DNA from: Gekko japonicus
Taxonomy: Eukaryota
Length of the DNA: 64,000 nt
Reading direction: 5' to 3'
Assembly: GCF_001447785.1 (NCBI RefSeq)
Contig: NW_015166508.1
Location: 62,001-126,000, forward strand
The notes under the pieces are model-generated. The model was not told the DNA's origin. It saw only the letters and a list, made by a program, of their open reading frames with translations, and ran no database searches. Shown here piece by piece: positions 24,515 to 37,177 of the stretch (its first letter is position 1; each line of letters begins with the position of its first letter). A program made the translations under genes and the position numbers.

Positions 24515-24603
24515 GAAGAAGAAAAAGAAGAAAAGATTGGATTTATACCCCGCCCTTCACTACCCAAAGGTGTCTCAGAGCGGCTTACAAACTCCTTTCC
24601 CTG
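24515..24603 (-). mobile_element. Squam3-type SINE, 3' end only
   Basis: (CTT)n tail and body near-identical to the 3' end of the copy at 45890-45975. Confidence 0.8.
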
Positions 24604-26347
24604 ACCAGAGAAGAGGTCTTAAAGTTAAAGGGGAAGAATTCAAATTACAAGCTTTTGCTGACGACTTAATTTTTATTTTAGAAGACCCTCTATCTTCAAT
24701 TATCCGACTTATAGATACAATTCAGGATTATGGACAAGCGGCAGGCTTGAAAATTAATTTCAAAAAAATGAATATGTTGACTAAAAATTGTACTTCAAGT
24801 CGAATATTGCAGCTTCATGAAATTTCCTCCATAGAGGTAAGAAAGAAAGTGAAATATTTAGGTATTGTTTTAACCAACAGAAGTAGTTCCATAATTGATG
24901 ATAATTATAAGAAACTGTTCCTAGATATAAAAAAGGATCTGGCAAAATGGAAGGACCTTCAACCATCTTTCATGGGGAGAATTGCAACGATCAAAATGAA
25001 TGTTCTTCCCTGGTTTCTTTTTCTTGCCCAAAACATACCGATTCTTAGAAAGATGCAATACTTGAAAGAGATGGATAAGATCACTCATCAATTTATTTGG
25101 CAATTGAAAAGGCCTAGGATTAAATGGAAAATATTACAAGACAAGAAGGAGAGGGGTGGCTTTGCACTAACTAATTGGATATTGTATGATAAAGCAGTGC
25201 CTTTATCATGGATAAAAGAGTGGATAGCATTAGAAAACTTAAGATCTCTAAAACTGGAAGGTCATACTTTAACTATGGGAAAAGATAGAATACATACAAA
25301 TTTTCATCACCATATAATAAGAGGGGCATTGATAAAAACTTGGAGAGAGATAAAAGATAAACATTATATGAAATCCCCAAAATGGGTTTCACCTCTCGAA
25401 GCCTTCATAAAACCTACCTTGATTACAAAATATAATGTGGGGAGATATGAAGAGCTTTTAGATGCTAAAACTATGTTAAGATCAGAAGAGCTATTATTTG
25501 TACAGAACTTTAAACTAATGTGGTGGGGGAAAATACAATTAAAGTCTAGGTTCTATAAGGATAATAGAGTTGGATTTTATGAGAAACTTATAGATTGGGA
25601 TAGGATATGGCTGGGAACAGATGAGAAACTGATTAAAAATTATATACCTTATTATTAGAGGAATATATGCAAGATGAAATTGTGAAAACATCAATGGATA
25701 CCTGGATGAAAGATACAGGTCACAATATAGATTTAGATAATTGGGCTAAAATTTGGAATGCAGTAAAATTTACAAGGGCTACCCCATATAAATAAAATAT
25801 TTATAAAATGTTCCATAGATGGCATTGGTCGCCAGATAAAATTGCTAAATGTTACCCAAATTTAACAAAAAATTGTTGGAAATGTAAGAAAAACGTAGGA
25901 ACATACTTTCATATGTGATGGAGATGCGGGAAAATCTATAAATATTGGGTTGGGATACAAAAGATAATTCAAGAAATATTGGATATTAATTTACCATAAA
26001 AACCAGTTTTTTAAAATTAAATTAAATATATTACCGGATGGTTATAATAAATGTGACCTTTATATTATTACATATGTATTGACAAAAGCCAGAATTTTGT
26101 TAGCAAAAAATTGGAAACTGGATAAAGTACCATCAAAGAAAGAGCTAATCCAGAGACTGTTGGAGATGGCCGAGATGGATAGACTAAGCAATTTACTCCA
26201 AGGAAAAGATGAAGAAAATCACCTAAAATTTTGGTCAAGAGTGTATAAATGGATACAAAAATGATTGAAAATTTTGACTTTCATGATTATTTGTTAATTC
26301 AAGTGGACTGTATATTTTCTTTATACAATAAATAAATATTAAAAAAA
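24604..26347 (+). mobile_element. L1 LINE ORF2 3' fragment
   Basis: AFADDL, AGLKIN, KYLGI, GRIATIKMNVLP, ERGGFAL motifs; CWKC zinc knuckle near 25875; AATAAA and an A tail. Confidence 0.92.
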
Positions 26348-27816
26348 CACATCCATGATAACCCAAACTGTGAATCCTTGCCAAGTGGAGACGTCTCTCT
26401 AAAGTTGCATTCTTAGCATCCATCCATAACTCTGCTTTCATGGATAGACTGAGCCTGAAATTTTTAACTCCCATTCTGCCAATATCTCTGGGAGGCCTCG
26501 GGACCAAATGAAATGAAACCTTGGGACATCCATTTTTCTAAATTGGCAGCAGCTGCAGGACTCTCCAATTTGAACCGGGACTGTGATATTCTTAAAACGT
26601 TTTCCATCCAGGCCTCACTTACTTGGAAATAAATTCCACAAACTCATTGGGACCAACATCCAAATGAACATGCAAGGGATTTGGCTGCATGTCTATGCAA
26701 CTCTAGAGCTGACTGAGCAAAAGAAGTCCTTTACAAGTGTGAATTTCCCCACTGATTTTAATTAGGTGCTGATAATACAGATGGATTGGAAACCCCTTCC
26801 ATGTTACCTGAGCAGCAGAAAAAGCATATACAATATTGAGCACTGAGCACATCATGAATTTTGAGCAGGCAACAAGGTGTTTCCAATCAAATATTCAATC
26901 CGGAGTGTGCCCTGTTAGGGATTCCATGGCAAACAGATACAACTGTTTCATTTTGGTACATTCCCAAATGTGAAAAAGTCTGCTTTAGTCCCAAGCCAAA
27001 CTAAGCAAGGCAGAAAAAGGCATTGTGGGGTTTTAGATTCAGCCACTATCAACTGACAAAACACCAAATTGATTTGGCATGTAAGTCCCATAGCTAATGT
27101 CAACAGACTAGATTTATGCTGGTTAACTGAGTCAATTTACCACGGTAAATTAAGAAAAGGGTTCCTCCCATTTTCATTTTATTTTATTTCATTTTTGTCT
27201 GCTGGTGAGATGCAAGACATGTTACAAAAAGGCTGAGTGAAAGCATATGATTTAAACATTTTTAATGTATTTTAAATTAGCCAAGGTTAAATCGGTTGAA
27301 ATTAAAGCTCTTCCAGCGACCCCTGTGGACCTGCCATTAATTCTGATGCCAACATTCCCATGTATGCCTTGCTCAAGAAACCATACATTAGTTTAAAAAA
27401 TATCTGAGACTGATCTTCATCCAGTATTTTACTCAAGCTTTGCAAAAGTATAAATTGACAAACTACTACTACGCGGCACCATCCATTGCGCCAGTGTAGA
27501 GTAGCTGCTAGAATGTCAGACCAGACGCCCAGGGAGATGCAGGTTCAAATACCCAGTCTGCTACACGCAGGCTAGTCAACCTAACCATGGGCTATTGTGA
27601 AGACAAAAGGAGGAGGAAAACCCTACAGCCTGCTCAGAACTGTCTGGAAGAAGGGCAGTATAAAAATCTTATCAATGAACAAGAAGTTCTCCCCAACTAA
27701 AAAAAAGTTAGAGTAGTGTAAGGGTACTACTACAACAGTAGAATTTCTTGGCAGATTCTGCCCTAGTACACACACACCCCCATCTACACAATTTGCATCC
27801 AGCTTTTCCTAAGTAG

Positions 27817-28166
27817 GATCTGCGGTGGCTCAAGTGGTTAAGACGCTGAACTGCAGGCTGTGGAAGGTCAGTAGTTCAGCAGTTCAAGCCCCGAGTGTGC
27901 CGCATGACGGAGTGAGCTCCCGTCTCTAGTTCCAGCTCCTGCCAACCTAGCAGTTCGAAAGCAAGAAATTGCAAGTAGATAAATAGGTACCACTTCGGTG
28001 GGAAGGTAACAGCGTTCTGTGCGCCTTGGTGTTTAGTCATGCCGGCCACATGACCACGGAAACGTCTTCAGACAGCGCTGGCTCTTCGGCTTTGAAACGG
28101 AGATGAGCACCGCAACCCTAGAGTCGGACTCGACTGGCTTTCGAGCAAGGGAACCTTTACCTTTAC
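27817..28166 (+). mobile_element. Sauria SINE (Squam1)
   Basis: Near-identical to 6555-6904; (ACCTTT)n tail. Confidence 0.9.
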
Positions 28167-28254
28167 TTACTTCTGATATAAAGCATACAGATTTCATCAT
28201 TAAGTGGGAAGATTCCAAACAACGAAATTAACTCCCTTCTCCTGTATAGGGAGG

Positions 28255-28394
28255 TCAGAGATGGTTTGCCATTGCCTGCCTCTCCATCATGACTGTGGTA
28301 TTCCTTGGAGTTCTCCCATCCAAATACTAGCCAGAGATGACCCTGCTTAGCTTCCAAGATCTCATGAAATCGGGCTATCCTGGGCTATCCAGGT
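28255..28394 (-). mobile_element. 5S rRNA-derived SINE, 3'-truncated
   Basis: Reverse complement contains GGAAGCTAAGCAGGGTC...TGGATGGGAG...GGCAATGGCAAACCA. Confidence 0.8.
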
Positions 28395-28476
28395 AAAAGC
28401 ATGACAGTAATACCATTCAATAACTTCTTGGTTAGCAATAATAGTATGTAGAAAAGAGTATGCACAACATACTTGT

Positions 28477-28672
28477 GGGACAGCCCACACTAGACCGATC
28501 GTAAGCCAAGCTGGGTTGGCCCTGGTTAGTACTTGGGTGGGAGACAACCAAGGAAGTCCAGCGTTGCTATGCAGAGGCCAGCAATGGCAAACCACCTCTG
28601 ACTGTCTCTTGCCTTGAGAACCCTCTGATGTTGCCATAAATCCGCTGCACTAGACGGCACTGTCCACCACAT
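28477..28672 (+). mobile_element. 5S rRNA-derived SINE with RTE-type tail
   Basis: GCCCTGGTTAGTACTTGGGTGGGAGAC (5S-like), then GCAATGGCAAACCACCTCTG...GACGGCAC. Confidence 0.8.
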
Positions 28673-29794
28673 GACATGACAGAGGTTCTTCTTTTATAAC
28701 AGCGGCCTGTAGTATAACACGTTGGGAGTGTGTTCATTTATTGATTTACTTACTTCATTTATGGCCTGCCTTTGTTGTTAAGACTCAAGGCAGATAACAA
28801 AATATAAAATAATCAAACAGCAGAGACCTCCAGTTAACAGTGCAGTAGGACGAAGATAATAAAATTGTACAACAATGCAAACAAGCAAGGAAACAAACAA
28901 AAATTGTTTAAGACATGACATACCATAGTACAGTATAGATCTTTGCCATGTGATTGAAAAGGCACCTTAGACTCTGTATCCTATGACACCCAAACTCATG
29001 AGAAACAATTCTTCTCTCCAGTGATCATGGTATAGAAGTGATTTACTTCTGATGAGTCTGTGATTGTTGCCACACCAGTCACTATCCCTGGCATACTGCA
29101 CAGTATTTCTATAGTTCTTCTGCATTCCTGCAGACAAAAACTGCATCCTAAGGCCCAATTTTAGCTGACACTGCTCTCTAAATCGTATTTCTCCCCTCCC
29201 CAACTGGGATGAAATAGGATTATCTCTGATTCAATGAATTATGCAAATATAATGTACAGCTGGAAATGCTTAAAACGATGTATTTTTGCCCAGCAAAGAG
29301 AGCCATAAAAATGGCTGTCACTGCTGCAAGCTTTTATATTTGATGCTCTAGAGTCTACCCTTAGTTTTGTTACATAATAAATAACCCAGCTATTGTATTA
29401 CAGTGTCAGCATAAACATATTAATATCTGCAACTGAAGAACTCCCAAGACAGGCTATGGAACTGCAGGGCTTTAGTCAATAAAGCAAGATAATGTTATTT
29501 TATGCTGCACAAAATCACAAAACATGAATCCCCATTGCAATAAGGAGATATATTATTAATTCTTTTCCCTGTTGCGTTATTCAAACCTGTCATTCATTTC
29601 TTAGTGTTCAAAGTATTGTAAAACTGTCCATTTTCAGAATTAACATGCGGGGGAGGAAAATTTGCAGAGCAAAAAACAAAGGTGAGAATCACACACTGTG
29701 TCAAGACAGCCATGGGGAAAAGTCATGTCATCCTGTTCCAAAGCAGTTGTGGGTGCCCACTTGCACACACAAGGGCTGATTTCAAACAGCCTAT

Positions 29795-30238
29795 GGTCCC
29801 TGCCACGAGAGGGGGAAAAAGGACGGGCAAAGTGCGGCTTTTGAAAGCCGCACCAAAATAGGCATGCGGCGGTGGGATCATACAGATCCCGTGAGCCGTT
29901 GTGCACTTGCTCCCCAGCACGATCAGATGCCAGGAAGACCGGGGAGAAAGCCACGGGAGGCTGCCGAACTGCGCATGTCTGAGCATGCGCAGTTCGGCCA
30001 GGAGCCGGGGATGCGCCGGCGGAAGAACGCGCCGGCGATCCCACAACCGGCTTTGATGCGGCCTTTCGGAAAGAACCACCTCGGTAGGTGGTTCTTTTTT
30101 GCTGCGGGTTATCGTCGGAAGGGCCAGATCGGGGACGGGCGCGCAACGCTTCCCAGATGTTGCGGTGGGATCGCGCCCGTTTGCTCCACCCCCGATCCGT
30201 CCCTCTCCCGGCCCAAATCCTCTCGTGTGACCGGGGCC
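29795..30238 (-). mobile_element. PIF/Harbinger-type MITE, copy 2
   Basis: Right TIR CGTGTGACCGGGGCC; TSD TAT; reverse-complement homology to 16955-17273. Confidence 0.85.
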
Positions 30239-30489
30239 TATGTATTCCATTTCAAGAACTGGTTACTAACGGGGGGGGGTTCTGTCATTTCAGAAAGACC
30301 CGTTTTAGTAACTGGTTCCTAACAGAATATATTTACCTGTTCAGACAAACACACTTCCGTCCCATTCGAGAAGGGTGCCTGAAGTGTTGTTGACTCAAAC
30401 TGCTTTCTTCCAATCTTCAATCCTTCCTACTGCTTCTGAAGCGCTATGGGGTCTAAATAAAATGCCCCGTAGCACTTCCTGCAATGACA

Positions 30490-31120
30490 GGTTTTTTCGC
30501 GCCCCTTTTCTCCCCACACGCAATCATCCTCTTTTTTTTTTAATGTTCTATTGGGAGCACTATGGCACTGAAGCAGGACCACAAATCAGCGCCATAGCAA
30601 CCCCATTGAGATGCCTGGACTCTATTTAGATACACTGACATTCGCTACTGCTGTCACTTGGAAACAAGTACCTGATTGGACAGTGTGTTTAAGTGGGACA
30701 TCAGGGATGTAAGTGAATGGTGAGACAGATGTTTGGTCGATTTTTAAGAAGTTTGCTTTAGAGGAAGTATAGACTCAGGCACAACACACAAGCACACATA
30801 TTCCATGGTTTGTGGGAGTTAAGGAAAGCAGGAAAGCTTCCTGGGTTTCAAAACAGTCCAGTCCCCCCCCCCCGGTGCTTGAACTCTGTATCCAGTGAGC
30901 TCCTTGTTTACAGGTGACAGCAGTAGTGAATGTCATCTAAATAAGTAGTGAATGTATCTAAATGGAGTCCAGGCATCTCAATGGTATTGCTATGGCACTG
31001 ATTTGTGGTCCTGCTTCAGCGCCATAGCGCTCTCAATAAAACATTAAAAAAAAACCCACAACCCTCCCAGGAAGATCGTGTGTGCAAGGGGAAATGGCGG
31101 GAAAAGAAAGCGGTGCAGTT
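30490..31120. repeat. Long inverted repeat, probably an old palindromic DNA transposon
   Basis: Arms of about 200 bp, e.g. CTGAAGCAGGACCACAAATCAG...ATTGAGATGCCTGGACTC vs GAGTCCAGGCATCTCAAT...CTGATTTGTGGTCCTGCTTCAG; spacer about 180 bp. Confidence 0.8.
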
Positions 31121-31677
31121 TGAAATGGCACACCGCTTCAGAGATGGCTCCTTACCAGAAGGCAAATGCTGTGTGACACAGCCGTCCCTGGACTGGTTTA
31201 CTCCATGATGGGCCAATAATGGAAACCATGCGGTTAAAAAAGGTAATGTGAACTTGACCAATATCTTGGGGGTGGTCTTGGCATTTAAAAAATCCTTCGT
31301 TCACTCAACCCCACTCAGCAGAATACATTCAGAGCATAAAGTTCCTGCTTATTTCCTTCCTAATGGAAATCAAGAGCACATACCTGAGAATGGCACTTGA
31401 ACTATCAGAGAGGCTCAAAAAAGCCTTCCCCTCACTTTTCACAAGGAAGCTCATTGTGATCGTCTGAAAAGCTTTCTTCTACTAGAGCCAAACCATCTGC
31501 TTATGAGTGCTCTAAACAATGGATGGGATTCGATAACTCCCTTGACAGACAGAAAGACTTCCACCAATGGAATAATTACACTGTGATTACTCTTCTCTGT
31601 TTGATGCTTCTGCACTGTCTCGGTGTTAGGACCCTGAGGCACAAGCAACATTCACCAGTGATCAGATGTCTCTGCTC

Positions 31678-31896
31678 TAGGGCTGACAACCTCCATGGGG
31701 TGGCTGGAGATTTTCTGGGATTACACTGGATCTCCAGGCGACAGAGATCCATTCACCTGGAGGAAACGGCCGCTTTGGAAGGTGGACTCAATGGCCTTAT
31801 AACCCACTGAAGTCCCTCCCCTCCCCAAACCACACCCTCCTCAGGCTCCACCCCCCAAATCTCCAGGTGTTTCCCAACCCAGAGCTGGTAACCCTA
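31678..31896 (+). mobile_element. hAT (Blackjack-like) MITE
   Basis: TAGGGCTGACA...TGGTAACCCTA; TSD CTCTGCTC / CCCTGCTC. Confidence 0.85.
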
Positions 31897-32164
31897 CCCT
31901 GCTCCCATCGATTTCCAAGTGCCCATCATAAACTCTGTATAACTTTGGACAGCCAGTGAAGTATTGTGGGGAACTAGGGCTGGAAGACCCGGGTTCAAAT
32001 GAAGCTCACTAGGTAGCCTTGGGTCAATTGCTCTTTCTAAGGCTAACCTACCTCACAGGCTTGTTGTGACGATAAATTGGAAGAAGCATCCACCTAGACA
32101 CCACCATGAGCTCCTTGGAAGAAAAGCAGTATAAAAATTGTGACAGCTAGGTCATAGTAGTAGT

Positions 32165-32386
32165 AGAAGAAGAGTTGGTTTTATACCTTGCTCTTCACTA
32201 CCCAAAGGAGTCTCAAAGCGGCTTACAATCTCCCCACAACAGACACCCTGTGAGGTAGGTGGGTCTGAGAGAGCTCTGAGAGAGCTGTGACTGGCCCAAG
32301 GTCACCCAGCTGGCTTCATGGGGAGGAGGAGTGGGGAATCAAACCTGGTTCTCCAGATTAGAGTCCTCTGCTCTTAACCACTACAC
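32165..32386 (-). mobile_element. Squam3-type tRNA SINE
   Basis: Minus strand GGTGTAGTGGTTAAGAGC...GGTTTGATTCCCCAC (Pol III boxes) and (CTT)n tail. Confidence 0.85.
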
Positions 32387-34810
32387 CGATAGTAATTATC
32401 TATGAGGGCCGCCATTCTCTTGTATCATAGCCAATGAGCACAACTTTCACTTGGCAAATCCCAAGTACGCAGAAAATCATCTGAAGACCAGCATCATGAT
32501 AAAAAAAAAGTTAGAAATTTTGCATTAACATGTTGTGAATCATATATAGTTCACTCATGCCAGGATCAAAGATTTCCAGGTTTAGAACAATTTATCACTG
32601 GAATCTTTAGCAAATCGCGGGGAGGGTTTTTTTTGGGGGGGGATTGCATTAAAATAAACTGGTTTATAGGTAAGAAACAAACTGCAATTGGTTAAAGCAC
32701 CAGATTACACATTGTAGTTAGTTCTAAACCAGGAAACAGTCAATCAATGTATAATGTGTAAAAGGAGGGCACTAGGAACACACAAGCTTCATGACTGCTT
32801 TCTTTTTCTTTTTGCCCCCCCCCGGGGATTTTTTTTTAAATTTAAATTTCTTATTTTAATTCAGCTTAAACAAAACACAAACTTTTATGACTGTCAACAA
32901 CAATGGAACTCAACAAGGTAACTACATATGTTTATACAGATTTCGAAATAGATTACATGTGGTGAAAAATGTCATAATACTTTTTAGGAACACTGAATTT
33001 AGAGAACTCAGTATTAAACATATATTCAAGAAAAGGGAACCATTTCAGATGAAGGTTAGGTTTTTTACATGTGAGATTTGTATTTTTATTGCATTTTCTA
33101 TAAACTACAAAGAAACAAGGAGGGGTAACTACAAACTACAGGTGAAAGTAAAGAGAACCACTAAAAACGTCATGATTTCTGAAGTTCTTTCTCAGACCCA
33201 CCCAAGTGAGCACAGCCATTGGCTTCTAGCACGTTATCCTGAGTGCTCTGCTGTAGAAGCAGTATGTGAATGAGGGTAAAATCCTGTGAGAGCCACTGTC
33301 CTTCACGTTATCACATCTATGTATGCTACTTCTCTGTATGGCACATGCTTGTGGTGGTTATAAAAACAGGCAACAGTACAAATCGATCATCATTCATTAC
33401 AAACTTATCAACAGAATTACATAGATTATTAGTGGAGGAGAATATGCTAATTAAAAGTCCCATACTTTTTCCCAAAGGAGAGGTCATTATCTGAACTTGG
33501 TAAACTGACAGAAAAGACAACTCCCCACTGTGAATTTATCATTAGTAATGCTGGCAGCATTCTTTGGTTTCTCAGATTCTAGTATCCCTAACTGAAAACA
33601 GATCCTTCGGGGTACATGTGGAATGTGCATCCAGAAAAGAATAGACAAAATAACAGTATGCGTCTCGCAGTGCTCCTGCTCTAGATTGTCTACCCCAGAG
33701 AGTGAAATTGAATGAAAGTGAGTTTAGGAGTCTAAGTAAAACCATAAAACCAGCAGTTAATTTAATTTCATGGCAAACCTAGGGAGTCATATCAAATGCA
33801 AAATGATGCTTCACAACTAATTGTGGTAAGCAATTTAAAGCAATTGTAATCTAAATGATCTCTGCCCTAGATGAGATTCAGTTACTCCCATACAAACAGT
33901 ATGTGAAACATCCACTGAAGGGAGACAATATGCCTTTTCTATGCAATATAATATAATTTACAAAATGCATGTTAAATGTCATGGATTGATGATGGAGAAT
34001 AACATTTGAAAATTCTTGAGAACCAAATATACAGATTTATCTGGGTATGTGCATCTGATGCATGTCAGATTCTGATTCAAACTCCAGATCCTAGCACTGG
34101 ATATACTGAAGCTCATGCAGCACAATTCCCTGTGGTCTATTCTTCTACACTTAACTACAACAAAAACCCACCCAAGACTCAGAGTGCCATAGCTGCCTAC
34201 TGATAAGATAAAGTCATCTCAAGCAATCTGCCATGTGCAAAGGTAGTCAGGGCTCATTTAAAGAATATGTTTTCAGTACTAGGTTTTGGATTAAAAAGGG
34301 ATGACACCTGATGCACATAAAAACAAGCTGCAAAACTTATCAAGTTCCAAAAAACCCAATAAGTGTATAAATTGGAGGCCCCTTTTGAGCTTGAGGCCCA
34401 GGCCAAATTGCTCTCCTGCCCCTCTGACTGGCTCTGGTAGCCACCTGGAGTACCTTTCTCTGTGGCCTTGCTGACTGAATGTGACACACAGAAGATTATA
34501 AACTGGAACAAAGCAGAAAAGACAACATTGTGCATGAATGACAATAGGGAGCCAGTAGAAATGCAGTTCCTCCCTATTTCCAAACCAGGTGACTAATAAC
34601 CATAATATGTAGTGCAACTAGACTATCAATATGTTCTTCTTAATGATCTGAAGTAAGATTTTAAAGGTTGCTTTTCTGTCTCTGTAGGAAACCTTCAATC
34701 AGTTCTTACAATCCTAAAAACAAATCCTTAGATGGAAGCTATGACAGTTAAATTGATATCAGTTTGAGCATAGAGACAAGTCTATTATCTTGGTTTGAAA
34801 AAATACCGTA

Positions 34811-35176
34811 GGCCCCGGTGACACGGCAAAGTTGTCACGGGAGAGGCACGGAAGGTGGGCGGATTATCCGGGCACGATCACACCCCAACATCTGGGAAGT
34901 AGAGCGCACCCGTGGCTTACCGCCGACAATGCGCATTTAAAAACTAGTACCTCCAAGGTACTAGTAAACGTTTGCCACAGGCTGCCTCCAGACGCCTGTG
35001 GTGTAATCGCGCCAGCATGCGGCATTCCCCTCTGGTGCCTCGTTTACCCTCTGGCGCCGAGGGAAGGACCCGTGGTGTGCCGCTGGCACGTCTGATCGCG
35101 TAATTGCAGATCAAACTGCGCCGAGGCAATTAGCCACGCCTCCCCCCCACAATATCCGGCCCGTGTGACCGGGGCC
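34811..35176 (+). mobile_element. PIF/Harbinger-type MITE, copy 3 (divergent interior)
   Basis: TIRs GGCCCCGGTGACACGG / CCGTGTGACCGGGGCC; flanks GTA / ATA. Confidence 0.85.
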
Positions 35177-35179
35177 ATA

Positions 35180-35309
35180 GGCTGCAGTCACACACACTAA
35201 ACAATCCACTTTCAATGCACTTTCCAACTGGATCTTGCCAGTTCACACAGTAAAAATCCAGTTTGAAAGTGGACTGAAAGTGGATTATTTAGTGTGTGTG
35301 ACCGCAGCC
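35180..35309. mobile_element. Short palindromic PIF/Harbinger-type MITE
   Basis: TIRs GGCTGCAGTCACACACACTAAA / TTTAGTGTGTGTGACCGCAGCC; TSD ATA. Confidence 0.85.
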
Positions 35310-36525
35310 ATAGTTTTCTTTTGGGGTAACTGCTTAACTGGGCAAGAGGCAACTATCAACTGGTAATCTGGCAATTGATGGTAGGAGTTTCACATGTTTA
35401 TGGAGTTATAACTGATACGAGTTCCCAAATTTCAGAATAATATCTGAAATCATTCTTAGGCTGAATGTAAACGAGATCCAACAAGTCCTCTGAAGACAAT
35501 CGCTCTCTGCACATACCTTCAGGCAGTAAATCCCTGAATGCCAGTGCCAGGAAGCAACATCAGGGGAAGGCCTCAGCCTGCTTGTTGGCCCTCAAGGGCA
35601 ACTGGCTGGCCACTGTGTGAAACAGAATGCTGGACTAGATGGATCACTGGTTGATCCAGTAGTATTCTTCTTATGTTCTGAGAATCCATCTTTACACTGT
35701 GTCACTTACATCTCCTAAGGTTAGAATGGACATGATTTCAGGAGATCTGTGAATAGTTATTTAATGAATAAACTGTTGCTGCAAGAAATCCCAGTTCTAA
35801 CCGGGACTCAGACCTTTCCTCCCTCTTCCTATTTACCAGACACTAATTCTCCCCCCCCCCCAATACTACAAAAGGATCTCTCTGTATCATCTAATTTGAT
35901 CCTCAGGCAGATGTTCTAACTATGCAAGGGTGAGATTTCTCACAGCAGAGTAGTTTGGTAATCAGAATCACCCTGCCAAGAGATAAGGAGGATTTCCCCT
36001 TCCTTCAGGAGTAGATATGTGATAAGATATGGGGATTATCTGTTTGGGTTTTATGATGCTTTTAAATTTAAGCATGATAGCATAGAAGTAAATTCTACTT
36101 GAAATCAGGGAAACTCACATAATGAGACTATGATTACACCACCAGAGGGAGAAAGATGAACACACAATCCTAAAGACACTTTACTTTGAAATCAATGGAA
36201 AGCTCTGAAATCAATGGAATTTGCTTGCTCCAAATGTGCTTAGAACTCAGGTGAAAGTAGTCTCAATGCAACAGTGCTTGCCTGCACTCCAACAGGACTC
36301 TACTGAGTCTCCAGGATCAAACCCGTTATACCACCTGTATTTCCATTGTTCAGTTCGGGTAGCTATTTCACGTTCCAGATCTTTTAAAATTTATTTGTCA
36401 ATGGTACAGACACAATACTGCCTCACTCTTGAACACGGTTAAGAAATCGGAACTGAGCCATGGAATTATGCGTTGCTTCCCTGCAGTCTTTCTCTGAAGA
36501 AAACACCTTCTCTCTTGCCTTAATC

Positions 36526-36940
36526 CAGGGGTCATTTCCTGCAGGAGCGCACAGGAGTGGAGCTCCGGCAGTAAAGAGCCCAGGGGGTGGGCACATGCAA
36601 CAAGCCCCACCCCCTGCTCCCAGCAGCCCTCAGTCCCAGCAAGAAGCAACCAGGTAAGTTGCAGAGCACACACCCCCCACGGTCCAAAACAGTCCAGAGG
36701 CACCTTTAAGACCAAGTTTTATTCAGGTACAAGCTCTCCCTCCTCTGCGAGGACAGATCTGCATGTCCCCCCCCCCCAAATAGCTAGCAATCCAAAACAG
36801 TCCAGTGGAGCCTGAGCGGTGGGTGTTCCCTTCTGACACCCTTCCGGTGATGTCAGGGGTGTGTGGCATATGCAAATAAGTTATGCTAATGAGTTATGCT
36901 GATGAGCTCCTGCACCTCTTTTTCTATGAAATGACCCCTG
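36526..36940 (-). mobile_element. hAT non-autonomous element (TIR CAGGGGTCATTTC)
   Basis: CAGGGGTCATTTC...GAAATGACCCCTG; perfect TSD CCTTAATC. Confidence 0.9.
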
Positions 36941-36971
36941 CCTTAATCACAAAGAAAACATACCTGGCTAC

Positions 36972-37177
36972 CAGTGTTCCCTCTAAGCTGAGTTGGTGTG
37001 AGCTAACTCACAGTTTTTTAGCCTCCAGCTCACAGATTTTTGTCTTAGCTCAGGAAGGAGGGCTCCAGAGCAAACTGATTTATGCAGTAGCCAACTTGCT
37101 GGCTCACAACTTTAAAGCCAGTAACTCACAAAGCAGAATTTTTGCTCACAAGACTCCACAGCTTAGAAGGAACATTG
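36972..37177. mobile_element. hAT MITE family A, copy 2
   Basis: Same TIRs as 385-591, opposite orientation; TSD CTGGCTAC. Confidence 0.9.

Noticed and set aside
32887-33273. 128-aa plus-strand ORF in AT-rich DNA
   Set aside because: No recognisable motif or exon context; better explained as the antisense of a UTR-like block.
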